From assembly GCF_009914755.1 (NCBI RefSeq), contig NC_060929.1: 64,000 nucleotides of DNA. One strand, written 5' to 3'. The stretch comes from the human T2T-CHM13v2.0 reference genome, Homo sapiens. The notes beneath the pieces are model-generated. The model was not told where the DNA came from. It saw only the letters and a list, made by a program, of their open reading frames with translations, and ran no database searches. The stretch's first letter is position 1. Each line of letters starts with the position of its first letter. A program made the position numbers and the translations under genes. Of this stretch, positions 47,652 through 62,669 are shown piece by piece.

Positions 47652-50600
47652 AGCATACTATGGAATTTGACTTTATTAATAATATTATTTTAATATTATT
47701 GTTTTCATTAGATTCAATTGCTATTTCCTTAAATAGTCTTCAGCATTCCTTCCACTCTGCTTACATTGCACTTGATATATCACTTTTTTTGGCCGTAATT
47801 TTCACAGTACACTTTAACTGCTTACATATTTATGTTATCAATGGTCTGTGAGTTTCCCAGGAAGAGCAATTATTGCATCTTATATCTCTATATCCCAACT
47901 CCCAATTAGAGTTTGGCATGTAACATAAGCTCAGTAAATGTTTTATGAATGACTAAATTATGAGAAAATTTAATAAATGAATAAATTATAATTTAAGTAA
48001 TTGTATGGAAAGGAATATATAAATGTTGTACATAAATGTTGTATGGGAGGGCTTATTTTCATATGGGTGGGCCAGGGAAGTTATTGTGGAGATGGGATGA
48101 GACATGTTTGAAACTTCACCAATGGGTTTTCTTAAAATTTTTGTTTTTTAAAAAGGATCAGAGAAACATGCTAGTCTAAAAGGAGGGCATATGCAAAGTC
48201 CAGAGTAACATGCAAGCCTAATCAGAACATAGGGTGCAAACTAGAATGGCTGGATCTTAGATATGATATTGGAAATATGTGGGAGATGAAGAGGTAAGTT
48301 AGGAACAAACCAGTGGGATTTACACACTCAAACAAGGAAATTATGCTTTATTTGGTTAAAAAAAAAGAAATCACTAACAGAATTGAACAGAAGAATCATG
48401 ATATTGGGATTATGATTATTATCAGAATATTATTCTGGTGACAAAGTGTCAAATGGATTAGAGTGGCAGAATGTTGAATTAGTAATACAAATTTTGAAGA
48501 GGTACAAGCTTTAACTATAGGAGTTAAAATGAAAAGGAGAAGATGGATGAAATATATAGGATGGAAGAAAGAATGTAACCTTCCTCAAAACTCAATGAAA
48601 AGCAGATCTTGAAAATATCTCATTCCAACCGATTTGGTAGAAGAGTAACATGCAACTACTTCTGTCTAAGCTCTTAGACAAAAACCTTGGATAAGAGCTT
48701 GGTGACTATTAATAATCAGGCTTCCCTGAAATAAAGATATAATATTTTAAGTTGCCCTTAGCTCTTAGAAATCTATTTTTCTTTCATTAGCTATTTTATT
48801 AGATTGACATCTTTTTCATATCTTATGTTCACACATTTGCCCCTCTAGATTCCTGGGCTTAAACATGTGACTCCAGTATATGCCCTGCACACAGTTCTTC
48901 TGGTGAGTTACTAGTGCCCTTGCTGAGTATTTGTATTTATTCCTACTAAAGCCTTAAAGATCAGGACTTTTACCAAATACTCTTGAAGCCCTCTTATTTG
49001 CCTCATGCCCCTGCCTTTTTCCCTTAAACTAGAATTAACGTAGTGAAAAATAAAATAATATCCGAAATTTATGTGACATGTTTTCCCAAGAAGCTCACAG
49101 ATCTTTTCCAGCTACATCCTGCTGAGAGGGGAAAAGGATGAAAACATCATCTCCACTTTGCATTTGTGAAAACAGAAGCAGAAAGGAAAAATTTGCTCCA
49201 AAGATTCATGGCAAATCTGCTGTAGAACCAGAAGGACAAAACAAAACAGCTTCTAGACTGTTGGACCACAGCTTATAGATTCAGTAAGAAGAGACGACGA
49301 AGATCATAACTGGGTTGCCTTAAGGGATGAAGAAGTCTCATTGCATTGACTGGGAAGTTATATCCTTGGAAGAAAAGGATCATGGTCATAAACATAGCAG
49401 GTATGAAAAATGAGCCTCTCCTTTGGAAATTCTCTAAAGGTAGCTGCTACCTTTCATCAAACAACAAACTCCCAGAATCAGATTTTCTCCTCAGTTTACA
49501 AAACAAGAACAAATTACTGTGTGTGTAACTCTGAAGGGCAACAATAATCCCATTGCAGTGGTTGTCTTCCTAAGATGATGTACACATAGAGGTGAATGCA
49601 CTCATTATTACACTAAAATTTGTACATCATTTTCACGGGCTAGAATACAGAAAAAAAATTATACACTATCCCTTCTGACAGGAAAACATTATATCATGAA
49701 TTTAGAAAATAACCTGGACAATTAATCATCTAAAATGTTGTCCTTTCCTTCAATTATGTGTTCAGCTCTAACAGAAAAAAAATATATTTACATAATCTGG
49801 ATGATTACAATTTTATTGAACTCTTATATTTTCATTGTGCCATTATGATATTTAATTCCCAAACATGCAGATAGACACCAAAATGTAGACCATACTCCTC
49901 TGCACTCTATGAGTGCCCAATTCTTGCTGCAATATATTGCCTTCTAAGCTAAAGGGCTCTTAAAACATAAGAAAATGAAGAAATTAGAGAATCCGTAGAC
50001 CGACCAATTGATATCTATATACTTTAGTAGACAGTGAACTTGAACAAATTATACCTGTAAACTATAGATGAAAAATATTACAGTTCTGGTTTTAACTTCC
50101 TATTGTTCTTCACTAAGAATTGAGGAAACTTTTGTTGAATGTGACTAAGAGAATTGCCTCAGTCCTGTCCTAGATTTCTCTCCTTTCCTTATCTAGTTAC
50201 TAGTCATCTTCTGGGAATTCCATTCTCTTTTAATCCCATACTGGTTGGAAATGACTTTTCCTAATGTGAAGGCCACTGTTATTAATTGCAGGTATTATTC
50301 ATTATCAGTCTAAAAGGACTCAAGGTCCATACTGGGACTGTACTTCTTTGGTTCCATCTATTTCTGTTATTGAGTTTCTATGATAATTTTCTTCCCTCCA
50401 GTATATTATGATAATGCATACATGTTATGTGAGATTGTCAACAACCTGTATTGGCCCGTAGAATTAGTCTCTGTCAGATTAACTCCAACAGACTTTGGGT
50501 CTGCCTTGTTGACTTTGAGGGACACAAATGAGTTTTATCAGGCTCTAGCTTCTGTCAGGAAGAATGAATTACTTTCTCCCAACCCATAAAGAAACAGGCC

Positions 50601-51199
50601 ACTTCCCACACCTTCCTCATAACACCATCAGACAGAACCCGAGGCTACAGAAGCCTATGATTTAGTTAGCCTAAACCCATAAATATGTAGGCTGCATACA
50701 TATACTTACTTTGGTTTTTGGTCAACCTCAAACATTTTATTTTGTTTATTAGGAAGATGTCTTTCCTCATTATATGATAACTATTATTTATACTAAACTA
50801 GTTTGAGAGAAACAATCAAGTGAACATGTGTGCAATTTGTTAAAAGAAATCATCCAAAAAGATAAACTTAGAGAAATGAGAATTTGAGCCCACACTCAAT
50901 TTTTTGCCCTAAGGCTATTTTTCAACATTTTACATAAAAAATAATTCTCTGTTTTATGCTCACACATGGTAGACCAAATATTTGTATGAAGATCTTCACA
51001 GCAGCTTCTAGAACATATCTTCCGAAACCTTCAGAGAAATTGTTTTAATTTGTCTTGAATGGCTTAAGTGATGCCTTGCTGGAAATAAATTGCTATATTA
51101 GATGTCTAAAACCTTGTCTACTTATTATGGACAGTTATTTAAAAACTTGCATTATAGAATGTGCTTATGTGTTATAATGCAATACCAATTTCAGATCAA

Positions 51200-51615
51200 A
51201 TCTATATGTTTAACATTGCTGCAAAACAAATTACTTCAAAAAATAATAAACATTTATTCAGTGTCTGTGGGTCAAGAAGGAATGGCTTAGCTAAGTGGTT
51301 CTGTCTTAGGGTATCTCATGAGGTTGTAGTCAGACTATCAGCTGAGGCCATCTACTCCTAAGATGGCTCACCCAAGTGGCTGGCAAGTTGACACTGGCAG
51401 TTAACAGGAGGCTTCAGTTCCTCACTACATAGACCTCTCTATAGGGATGCTTGAGTGTTTTCACTTCATAGTGCCTACTCCAGAGCAAGTGATATGTGAG
51501 AACATGGCAGAGGTATCAATGTTTTTAATTACCCAGTCTTGGAAGTTCATCACTTCTACTATATTGCATTGTACATAGAATGTAGAAGGGGATTATACAA
51601 AGGCATGTATTTTGG
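51200..51615 (-). mobile_element. MLT1-family MaLR LTR (MLT1F-like)
   Basis: TCTGTGGGTCAAGAA...GGCTTAGCT...TCTCATGAGGTTGTAGTCAG...AAGATGGCTCAC...GGCTGGCAAGTTG. Confidence 0.75.
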
Positions 51616-51630
51616 AGTCCGATAAATATA

Positions 51631-52117
51631 TAGTTGACCCTTAAACAACACGTGTTTGAACTTTGAAGGTCTACTTATGTGCAGATTTTTTCACCAAAAG
51701 TTACTCCTAAGCGTGCCTCTCCTTCCACCTCCTCTTGCCTCTTCTGCCTCTGCCATCCCTGAGAAAGCAAGAGCAGCCCCTCCCCTTCCTCCTCTTCCTC
51801 AGTTTACTACTCAACATGAAGACAGTGAAGATGAAGACCTATATGATGACCTACTTCCACTTAATGAATAGTAAACATGTTTTCTCTTCCTTATGATTTT
51901 CTTAATAACATTTTATTTTCTCTAGCTTATGTTAATATAAGAATACAGTACATAACATTCAAAATATATATTAATTTACTGTTTATGTTATTGATAAGGC
52001 TTCAGTCAACAGTATGCTATTGGTAGTTCAGTTTTTGGGGAGTCAAAAGATATATGAGGATTTTCAATTGCACAGGAGTTGGCACCCCTAACCCCTACAT
52101 TGTTCAACAGTCAACTC
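51631..52117 (+). mobile_element. Tigger2-family (Tigger2a/MER28-like) DNA transposon
   Basis: TIRs AGTTGACCCTTAAACAA ... TTGTTCAACAGTCAACT; internal CTACTCAACATGAAGACAGTGAAGATGAAGACCT. Confidence 0.88.
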
Positions 52118-52140
52118 TCTCTATCTCTCTCTCTCTCTCA

Positions 52141-52191
<51 letters not shown>

Positions 52192-52306
52192 CATATATAT
52201 GGGGTGTATATATATATATATATACACACACCATATATATGGGGTGTGTATATATGGTGTGTGTGTATATATATATATACCATATATATGGTGTGTGTAT
52301 ATATAT

Positions 52307-52348
<42 letters not shown>

Positions 52349-52371
52349 CGCCATATATATGGCATATATAT
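52118..52371. repeat. Compound microsatellite (CT)n-(TA)n-(CA)/(TG)n with four CCATATATATGG palindromes
   Basis: palindrome at 52191, 52231, 52280 and 52351; 40-bp period between the first two. Confidence 0.93.
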
Positions 52372-52706
52372 AGTCAGCTCTTTGTTTCCATGGATCCCAC
52401 ATCCATGGATTCAACCAACCCTGGACCAAAAATACTAGAAAAATAATAGATGTTTGTGTTTGTACTGAAGAGGTACAGACTTTTTTCTTCTCATTATTTC
52501 CTAAACAATATAGTATAACAGCTACTTACATAGCGCCTACACTGTATTAGGTATTATAAGTAATGGAGAGATAATTTAAACTATAAAGGAGGATGTGTGT
52601 AGATTATATGCAAATACTACACCATTTTATATGCCAATATTATGCCAAGTCCCTTATGGGACTTGAGCATTTGAGAATTTGAGTATCTGTGGGTAGTCCT
52701 GGAACC
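52371..52706. mobile_element. MER2-family Tigger MITE
   Basis: CATCCATGGATTCAACCAACC...TAAACAATATAGTATAACA...TTAGGTATTATAAGTAAT...TATATGCAAATACTAC...GGGACTTGAGCAT...GTCCTGGAACC. Confidence 0.85.
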
Positions 52707-53114
52707 GAAAGTTCCAAAAAATTAAAGTTTTCAAATTAAAATTATTTAAAATATCATTTTAAAAAAGTTTCTGTCCTGTTTCACTTCACTTCCTTTGGCT
52801 AAATATAGCCATTATGTTTAAAATTAAGTCATTCTGTTTGTATTGTTTTTGTATATCATGATCACATGGTTAACTTTGCTAAAAGTATTTTAATTGTCTA
52901 GATTTGAGGCTGAAGTTTAATTCAAATGACCACATAATTTCAACCTGGAATACCATTTGTCAGTTTAATTCTTTCAGCCCTGATCTTCACTACATTAAAT
53001 AAATGCTAGTGAACTAAGTAATTAATTCATGTTCCAAAGGTGACTTATTGACTTGCAAGGAGTAGCTTAGGAACCAGGAGATTTGGACTCAGTAAAGTAT
53101 TTGCTTTGTGCTCT

Positions 53115-53262
53115 GTGCTAATATTTCTCATATAAATCACTTGCAAATATTGTTAAAATACAGATTCTGAGCCAGTAGACCTGGAATAAGCCCTGAGATT
53201 CTGCATTTCTAACAAGATCCAAGATTAATTCCACTGTTCCTTGGAGCACATGTTAAGTGGCA
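53115..53262. mobile_element. MER5A-like hAT relic
   Basis: TTGTTAAAATACAGATTCTGAG...CCCTGAGATTCTGCATTTCTAACAAG. Confidence 0.7.
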
Positions 53263-54799
53263 ATGTTCCATGCAATAGAGGTTCCTTTGAGAGAATTTTT
53301 GTTATAACAATGTTGGCTTGTTATACAGAATTCAGAATACCTAGAGTTTCCTATCTTAGGTTAATATATGTAAATCATAATGAAAAAAATATTGTATACT
53401 TTCTAGAGGAAATCTCAACTACTCTCCCTTTCTTTCCAAATAAAATACCTTTTGTTAAAAGAAAGTGATTTCTTATTTCTAACCTCATCTATTTTTAAGA
53501 GAGAAGAAAGGCAATTTTATAGTGGTAGACGTGTCTTAGATCTTTAGTAACTATTTTTTAAACTATAAAATAATGTACATATTTAGATTTAACCCTTTTT
53601 CTTCTTCAGGCTGAAATATCATAGAATCTAATCATTGTAACATTCCTCCCATTATTCTATACTCATTCTTTGAATCTTGTGTCATTTCTGCCTCTTTTCC
53701 ATGCCATGCCATGCCATGAGTTGGATTATTGTTGAGGCCATTTAGATATTTTCTAAATGTCTGAAATACTCCTTCCTTTCCTAATATCCTTTAATTCTCC
53801 CTACCTCCAACTTGGTCTTTATAAGCATAATTCTGTTTAGCGTTATTACTAGCAGAATATATTCTCTTTTAGAGAATTTTATTACCTTTAAACCCAATTA
53901 TAGGTCACTTTTTGAAGACCTAGTGAGTTAGAATTCTTGATTGTAGGCAACAAAATCTGACTGCCTACCTAAGAGAAATAATTAAGTTTATTGAAAAGAT
54001 TTGAGTAAATCAGAGGATCTGAGAGAGAGAAACAGTTTGGTCTTTATAATACTAACTGACTTTTAATTATCCCCATTACCATATGTCACCTGTTGAATAA
54101 TCAGTGCTCTCAATTGGCAGACCTTAACTCATATATGTGTCCACATTGCATCATGGCAAAATGAAGATAAATGCTGCCCCCCAACCCCCACCCATCAAGA
54201 CTACCTCCACTGGGGAAACCCCCCTGTAATAGAGAAATCAAGATGCTAATAGGAGGGGGGGGATCAATTTGATGTTGGATCAAAAAAAAAATGTAAAATA
54301 TCCACTGTACTCGGAGTTTGTAGAGCCTAAAAATGGCAATTTAACCTTGCCATTGCTCTCAGGTTATGGTGGGTTTCCTCTGCACACTGGGAAAAAGACT
54401 AATATACAGCACTGACTTAAGATACCTTATTTCTCTCAGTGTGCTGCCACTCTGGGTTACACTTTCCCTGAGGACACAATAGGAAAATGAGTAGCTCAGA
54501 CTAGAAAAGAAAGATGCTACAATCTGCTTTCCTCCCATAAGAATCTATTTTTACCAAAGAAGGTGATAATCTTCAAATCAACATTTGTATATATAAGTCA
54601 TAGGATACATTACTATTTTGGAGAAATAGAATTGACTCAATGTTTAATAAAAATAGCTCTTTATAGGTAAGTGTTACTAATACTTGAGAAAAATATGGGG
54701 AAGAATTATATGGTGATTTTGAGACACTACCTGAATATCTATCGAAGTCTTAAACTAATTTGAAATATTGGCTTTTTGTCTCACATATTGCAATGAGCT

Positions 54800-55524
54800 T
54801 ATCAAACTTGAGGTTAAGGGCATAGTCCTCTGTGAGACTACCCCCACTTCAGATACCAGCCACAAGTTTGGGAGTCCCCAAACCATGCTTATTTTTGACA
54901 AGCTAACTACAAATTTGGGAGTTCTCACTACCCCCTCAGGTTCAGTAATTGGCTAGGATAAATCACAGAATTCGGGAAAATGCTAAACATGTAACTACAA
55001 TTTTGTTATAGCAAAAGGATATAAATCAGCACCAGCCAAAGGGACCAGCTACATAGAGCAAGGTCTGGAAGGCTTCCAAATGCAAAGCTTCTGTGTCCTT
55101 AGGAAGCATAGCTCTCCTGATGTATCAATGTTTGAAGCTCATTTAAGCTTCAGTGTCCAGGGTTTTTACTGGAGTTTCATTATGTAGGCAAAACTGATTA
55201 AATCATTGGCCATGTGGTTAAACTCAATCTTCAGTCTTCTTTCCCTTTCCAGAGGTTGGGATGATATCACATGGTTCAAAGTCCCAACCCTCTGTTGCGT
55301 ATTTGAACTTTAGTCCCCCATCCTGAGTCACCCATAACTAACCACAGTTAGTATTAACTGTGGAGGAACTTACAAGGAGTCACCTCATTGGCATAAACTG
55401 TCCAGTGTGATCCTAGGGCCCACCATGGTAACAAAGACACCTCAATCACTTGGAAAATTGCAAAGGCTTACAGGTCACACCCCAGGAACCAGGAACAAAG
55501 GCCAGCTAAATTCTTTATTACACA
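54800..55524 (-). mobile_element. MER21-family LTR
   Basis: AGACTACCCCCACTTCAGATACCAGCCACAAG...CTACAAATTTGGG...AACAAAGACAC...CCAGGAACCAGGAACAAAGGCCAG...TTATTACACA. Confidence 0.8.
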
Positions 55525-56185
55525 TGTCTATGACTAGTTTAACACTGTCACTATTTCTATGATTTAAACTACAGCTGAAATGCTCTGGAAGGGGAAAGAA
55601 CTCCAGCAGAATAGTAGAACTGGTCTCTGGGACTCCTGCATGAAGCTTTTATTAACTATTAAGCCACGTATTTGACAACTCTTAATAATGGAGGAAAATT
55701 GCTAAAATTACCCCAAAATCACTCTCTATATATAATTGAACAAAAATAATGTCCTTTATAGTTTTCTTCAAAATAAGTATATGGATGGGAAATGCTACTT
55801 TCCTTCTTTAAAATTTAGATAATGAAGAACTAACATGAATGGTGGTAATTTGATGAAGAAGAAAAATCTAGAAACCAGCAATAGCCATCTTAGACAATGA
55901 AGACTAGTTAACAGGTTTTTCTGTTGTATGATGAAAAGTATCTCATATTGAAAATCTGTCATACTGTGGAGAGAGAAATTTGGTATAAGTTTCTGGTATA
56001 ATAGCAAATATTTTAACCCTTTAATCTTTTTTAAATTCTGGAAGCAAGTCTAAAAGTGGTAGTTTTTGTTGTCCCCTAAAATAAATGTTTAATTTTCAAA
56101 TTAACATTTTAGATCTAGTGCCAAATTCTCAGACCTGAAGGTTACTGTGAACTCTGAAAAGGTGTGTTCATTTTGTTGTAAAGTC

Positions 56186-56205
56186 ACACTGTCACCTAGT
56201 GGTTT
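56186..56205 (-). promoter_or_regulatory. Candidate CTCF site
   Basis: minus strand CCACTAGGTGACAG differs at one position from CCACTAGGTGGCAG. Confidence 0.35.
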
Positions 56206-57140
56206 CTTACATATAAAATCTGATTTAAAAAGCAAATGGCTTATTTTGATATCATATTCTCCCACTTATCCAAAAGGACTATTTTGTCTTTATATCATGC
56301 GGCAGATGTTTTATATCTTTAAATTATTTATATGAGTTAGGATATCATTATAACTAACCCGTAAATCATTTTTATTGAAGCACATGGTTTCCTCTTTCCG
56401 ACACATGCAGAGTAGGACAAAGAGTAAATAATGAAGAGTGGTTTCAATTACAGCAGATTATCTGGTAAATTTACTGGATTTTCCTAAGTTTTATCAGAGT
56501 AGTTGTATAAATCAACTTCAGTCATAGTGCCAAAATTTTCTATTTGCCTTAAAACACTCAATTAATGTGTAACTAACAACTGCTAAGTTCTCTTTTGTCA
56601 TTCTTTGCTTTCAGTCCTCTTTCCCTTGCTCCTTCCTCCAAAGGGAATGAAAGCACTTTAAGTCCCTTTTACATAGTAGATTCATGATAGTTTTTCTGGT
56701 TATTGTTGGTGCACAAGAATCACAGGAAGTATAAAACATATGTTAAAAAGATGTAACTCAATATCTATGTGTTACAGTGGACTGGCCCCAGGCACAGTTA
56801 TGAGGTCAGTGAAGGTTGATGTTGGTGTCTTTCAGTTTAGCTGCAACTCAAGTGTGGTGCCCTAAAAGTTTCTTCAGCCACACAGCTGGAATTTTTTTTC
56901 ACTGCAGTCTCCCTTTTTCCTTTCCCCCACTCTCAAGCACATGGAAGAGGACCTACACTACATTTCATTTTCTTATGGAAAAGGTGCTTAACTAGTTAAA
57001 GAACTAAGCAAAATGGGAAACTTACTAGAGAAATACTAGCAGAAACAATGCAGACTTTAACTGGGGACTTTGGGGAGCATAGCACAACCCACCCAATGGT
57101 AAATTGGCAGAACATAAGACTTCACTAAAACACAACCACA

Positions 57141-59600
<2,460 letters not shown>

Positions 59601-60934
59601 ACAACCAGAGTTGTTTCATGGTTATCAGTCCTTGTTTATAAACATTGTGATTATTTCATTGTTATAATTTCACAGTTTCTACTTCCTCCTCTGTAAACTT
59701 CTACATAAAAAGTTGGTTTGAATTTACAGGATATTAAAAAATAGTAAGTTATGAAAAAATCAAAAGAAATGAGAGTTCTTTCAAGATCACGATACATAAT
59801 TATATAAAAAAGTGGTCTTTAGCTAAGTATCACAGCCCTAGCCTCAGTGAATAACTAAAATTAGTATTTTTCTACAAATGGACCAGGCATCTTTTCTCAC
59901 TTTTGATAATTTTTACCAAGCCCACAAGAAAAGACTATTTCTTTTGAGTTTCATTCAGAAAAGGAAATGCTGCATTCTATTTTTAATGTCAACTAGAAAA
60001 CTTAAATATTTTTTGGATTTAAAATAATCCAGGAAACATCTGTGAAGGTCTTTGTCATACAATACTTGTCATTTTAAAGTAACATGTAGAACTTCTGAGC
60101 TTATAGGGATAATTAGACCATACCTTATTAGTAAATTCTAAACCAACATAAATAATAGATCACCAGGATATATACCTATAACTTGTTTAATATTAATGGA
60201 AATTTGTCTACAGGATTATTGTCTAAGGATTTGGTGTATTGATATACATCTGTCTGATAATTAGGAAGAAACTCTTCATGTAACTAAACAATTGTGAAAC
60301 CTATCAATAGCTAACTGAGAGCAAACAATGGGGTTCATAAACTTGCCAGTAATGTTTATGTTATTAAACTTTATGGCACTCTAGAAAAAATTCACAGTTG
60401 TGGAGAACGTGATACATACAACATGTGATGGCTTAGAAGCCATTGATTTCAGAATTCCATGGTATCTGGTACAAACCTATAAATATATTAAAAGTTCAAC
60501 CAATTCTGATTTCAGATCAAGATGTGAAGAAAGAGATGTATGTTTTAGGATTCAGAACCCTCTAGAAAAAAAATAGTTCAATATGAATATGAGTTAACTA
60601 AATGTATATCAAGCTAGCATTTAAAAAGCGCCATTATTTATGAAGAAAGTACATTTTTGCATGGAAAAGGTCCTAACTGTAAACCATGGACAGCAGAGAA
60701 GATATAAGACAAAAAACATGGAATTTGCCAATTGGTTACAGAAATATTCCTCCTATAATAGCTATAAGAAGAGATACCTGTAAAAATGAGTATTTGTTGT
60801 TGGATGCACTTTGGGGAGACTTGTAGCAGATATAGAATTGCTATAAATATTTATAGAGTACCACCATACATGCAGAAGAACAGTGATACATTTTCTATCA
60901 TTTATTTTTATTTTGTCTTTTTGATCTTATATAA

Positions 60935-61075
60935 CAAATATATACATACACATACCTAAATACATACACAACAAACATATACACACATACATGTAAATAT
61001 ACCTACCTACCTATATACATATGTACACACACAGACATAATGTCTGTGTGTGTGACACACACTCACACCTATATA
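60935..61075. repeat. CA/TA low-complexity tract containing a 14-bp-arm hairpin (61025-61053)
   Basis: ACACACACAGACAT-A-ATGTCTGTGTGTGT. Confidence 0.85.
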
Positions 61076-61183
61076 GTTTTCTCCAATTGCCATGCACTGT
61101 TCTAAATGTTTTACAAATACTAACGCACTTAAGACAATTATATTCACTTAAATAATGTACCACATATAATTACTACAAAAAAA

Positions 61184-61388
61184 ATTGTTTTTGAGATAGA
61201 GCCTCACTCTGTTGCCAAAGCTGGGGAGCAGTGGCACAATCACAACTCACTGCACCCTTGAACTCCCAGGCTCACTTAATCCCCCAACCTCAGTCTCCTG
61301 AGTGGCTGGGACTACAGGCGTGTGCCGCCATGCCCAGTAAGTTTTGGTAATTTCCGTAGAGGCAGGATTTCACTATGTTGCCTAGGCT
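61184..61388 (-). mobile_element. 5'-truncated AluJ
   Basis: GGCACAATCACAACTCACTGCACCCTTGAACTCCCAGGCTCA...TTTCACTATGTTGCCTAGGCT. Confidence 0.88.
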
Positions 61389-61524
61389 TCAAAATTTTAT
61401 CAAAAGAACTTTAGTGCTCTGCCTCTGAATATTACAGAGTGCAGGTTGGGTTATCAGTGTCATGATTATGATTAACATTATGGAAGTCTTAATGTAAATC
61501 ATGCCCTTTGTCGAGTACTTAATC

Positions 61525-62097
61525 TCTGGATCAGTCAAGATCCAATCAAAAACCACAACAATTATTTTAACAACAAAAAAATTTAATGTAAATAATTTTG
61601 AACTATCTTTTAAAAACTGAAAGCCAGACAGTAAAACAATAAAGTATCATGAAAATAGAAACTGCAGGAAGCAGCTACCATCCTTAGGGAACAAACGAAA
61701 AATGTAGGAATTACTAAAACTTTGTTGTTTGGTGGAGAAACCTCGCAGAGCTCAGACCTCTGAGTGCTACCAGCTGGTGCTAGCATCTCTAAGGGGCACC
61801 ATCAGGCTGACTCTTTGATGTGTTAGAGAACGAAAACCTGGACTTGCTGCTACCAGGGTGAAGAAGTGTGGCTGATGTGATGCTCACAGGAGCTGGAAAA
61901 AATAAAAGAGCAAGACAGCATGAAGCTGGCAGGGAAAAGTCCCTCATTTCTCCTTTAGCCTCCCAGGCTCTCTCTAGTGCCCCTTACACAGATTGTCTAG
62001 CAAATGAAAAGCAGTTTCAAAAATCCCAGCCCCACAATCCCAAAGCTAAGAGGAGTGGATTTGAGACTGAGAGACCATTATCTTCATAACTGGTATA
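61525..62097 (-). mobile_element. Old LTR (LTR78-like)
   Basis: minus-strand start ACCAGTTATGAAG...GTCTCTCAG...GGGGCTGGGA; AACTGCAGGAAGCAGCTACCA. Confidence 0.65.
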
Positions 62098-62592
62098 GTG
62101 TCTTTTAACATAAAAGATCCTTCACCCCAACTTAACGGTAAATCCTTAAGTTACATTTACCTTAAGGGTAAATTTAAATCCATGTGCTCTAATTCATTTC
62201 TCTGAGAAAGAACAAAGAGTCTCCTTAATATCATCACTCTAATCCTTGGAAACATTAAGGTGTTGTTGACATCTTACCTGGTGCTCTCTGTATCACTTGC
62301 ACAGCATATATTATGCTCTTAACAAATATTAGTTGAATGAATGTGTAAAAGTATATTCTCAGCATAACTCTGACTTCTGAATTCTCTTTAAACAATGCAT
62401 TTTTCATCCCCTTTATCACTGGACTAGGATATAAATATTTATACTGTAAAAACTATAGCACCACAGAAATATGACTTCACAATTTCAGAAGCTCTGATGT
62501 TTCTTAAGACAGTTAATATAGATTTTGCATGTTTCTCTCAAACTACAGAGGGAATGAGGAAATAAAATAGAATTCCTTTGATTTCCTCTAAG

Positions 62593-62669
62593 GTTGAATC
62601 TTCCTTCCCAAAATCCCAATGATGCATCAGGCTACTCTTCGGATTCTCCGTATCACATGAAAGATACAG
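62593..62669 (+). other. Candidate exon (unverified)
   Basis: TTCCTTTGATTTCCTCTAAG| acceptor, CAG|GTGAGC donor, 77 bp, two CpGs retained, open frame LNLPSQNPNDASGYSSDSPYHMKDT. Confidence 0.3.

Noticed and set aside
48202-48655. AGAGTAACATGCAA repeated 440 bp apart
   Set aside because: 14-bp match with no extension; not interpretable and may be chance.
49112-49400. Possible exon ending CAG|GTATGA
   Set aside because: The protein-like frame (RDDEDHNWVALRDEEVSLH) hits a stop and the acceptor is ambiguous; support too weak.
51656-51871. Pro-rich and acidic 71-aa ORF
   Set aside because: Lies wholly inside the Tigger2 element.
52054-52446. Overlapping ORFs rich in YI/CV/HT repeats
   Set aside because: Translation of dinucleotide microsatellites, which lack stop codons.
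53699-53718. (CCATG)4
   Set aside because: Short pentanucleotide slippage repeat with no further structure.
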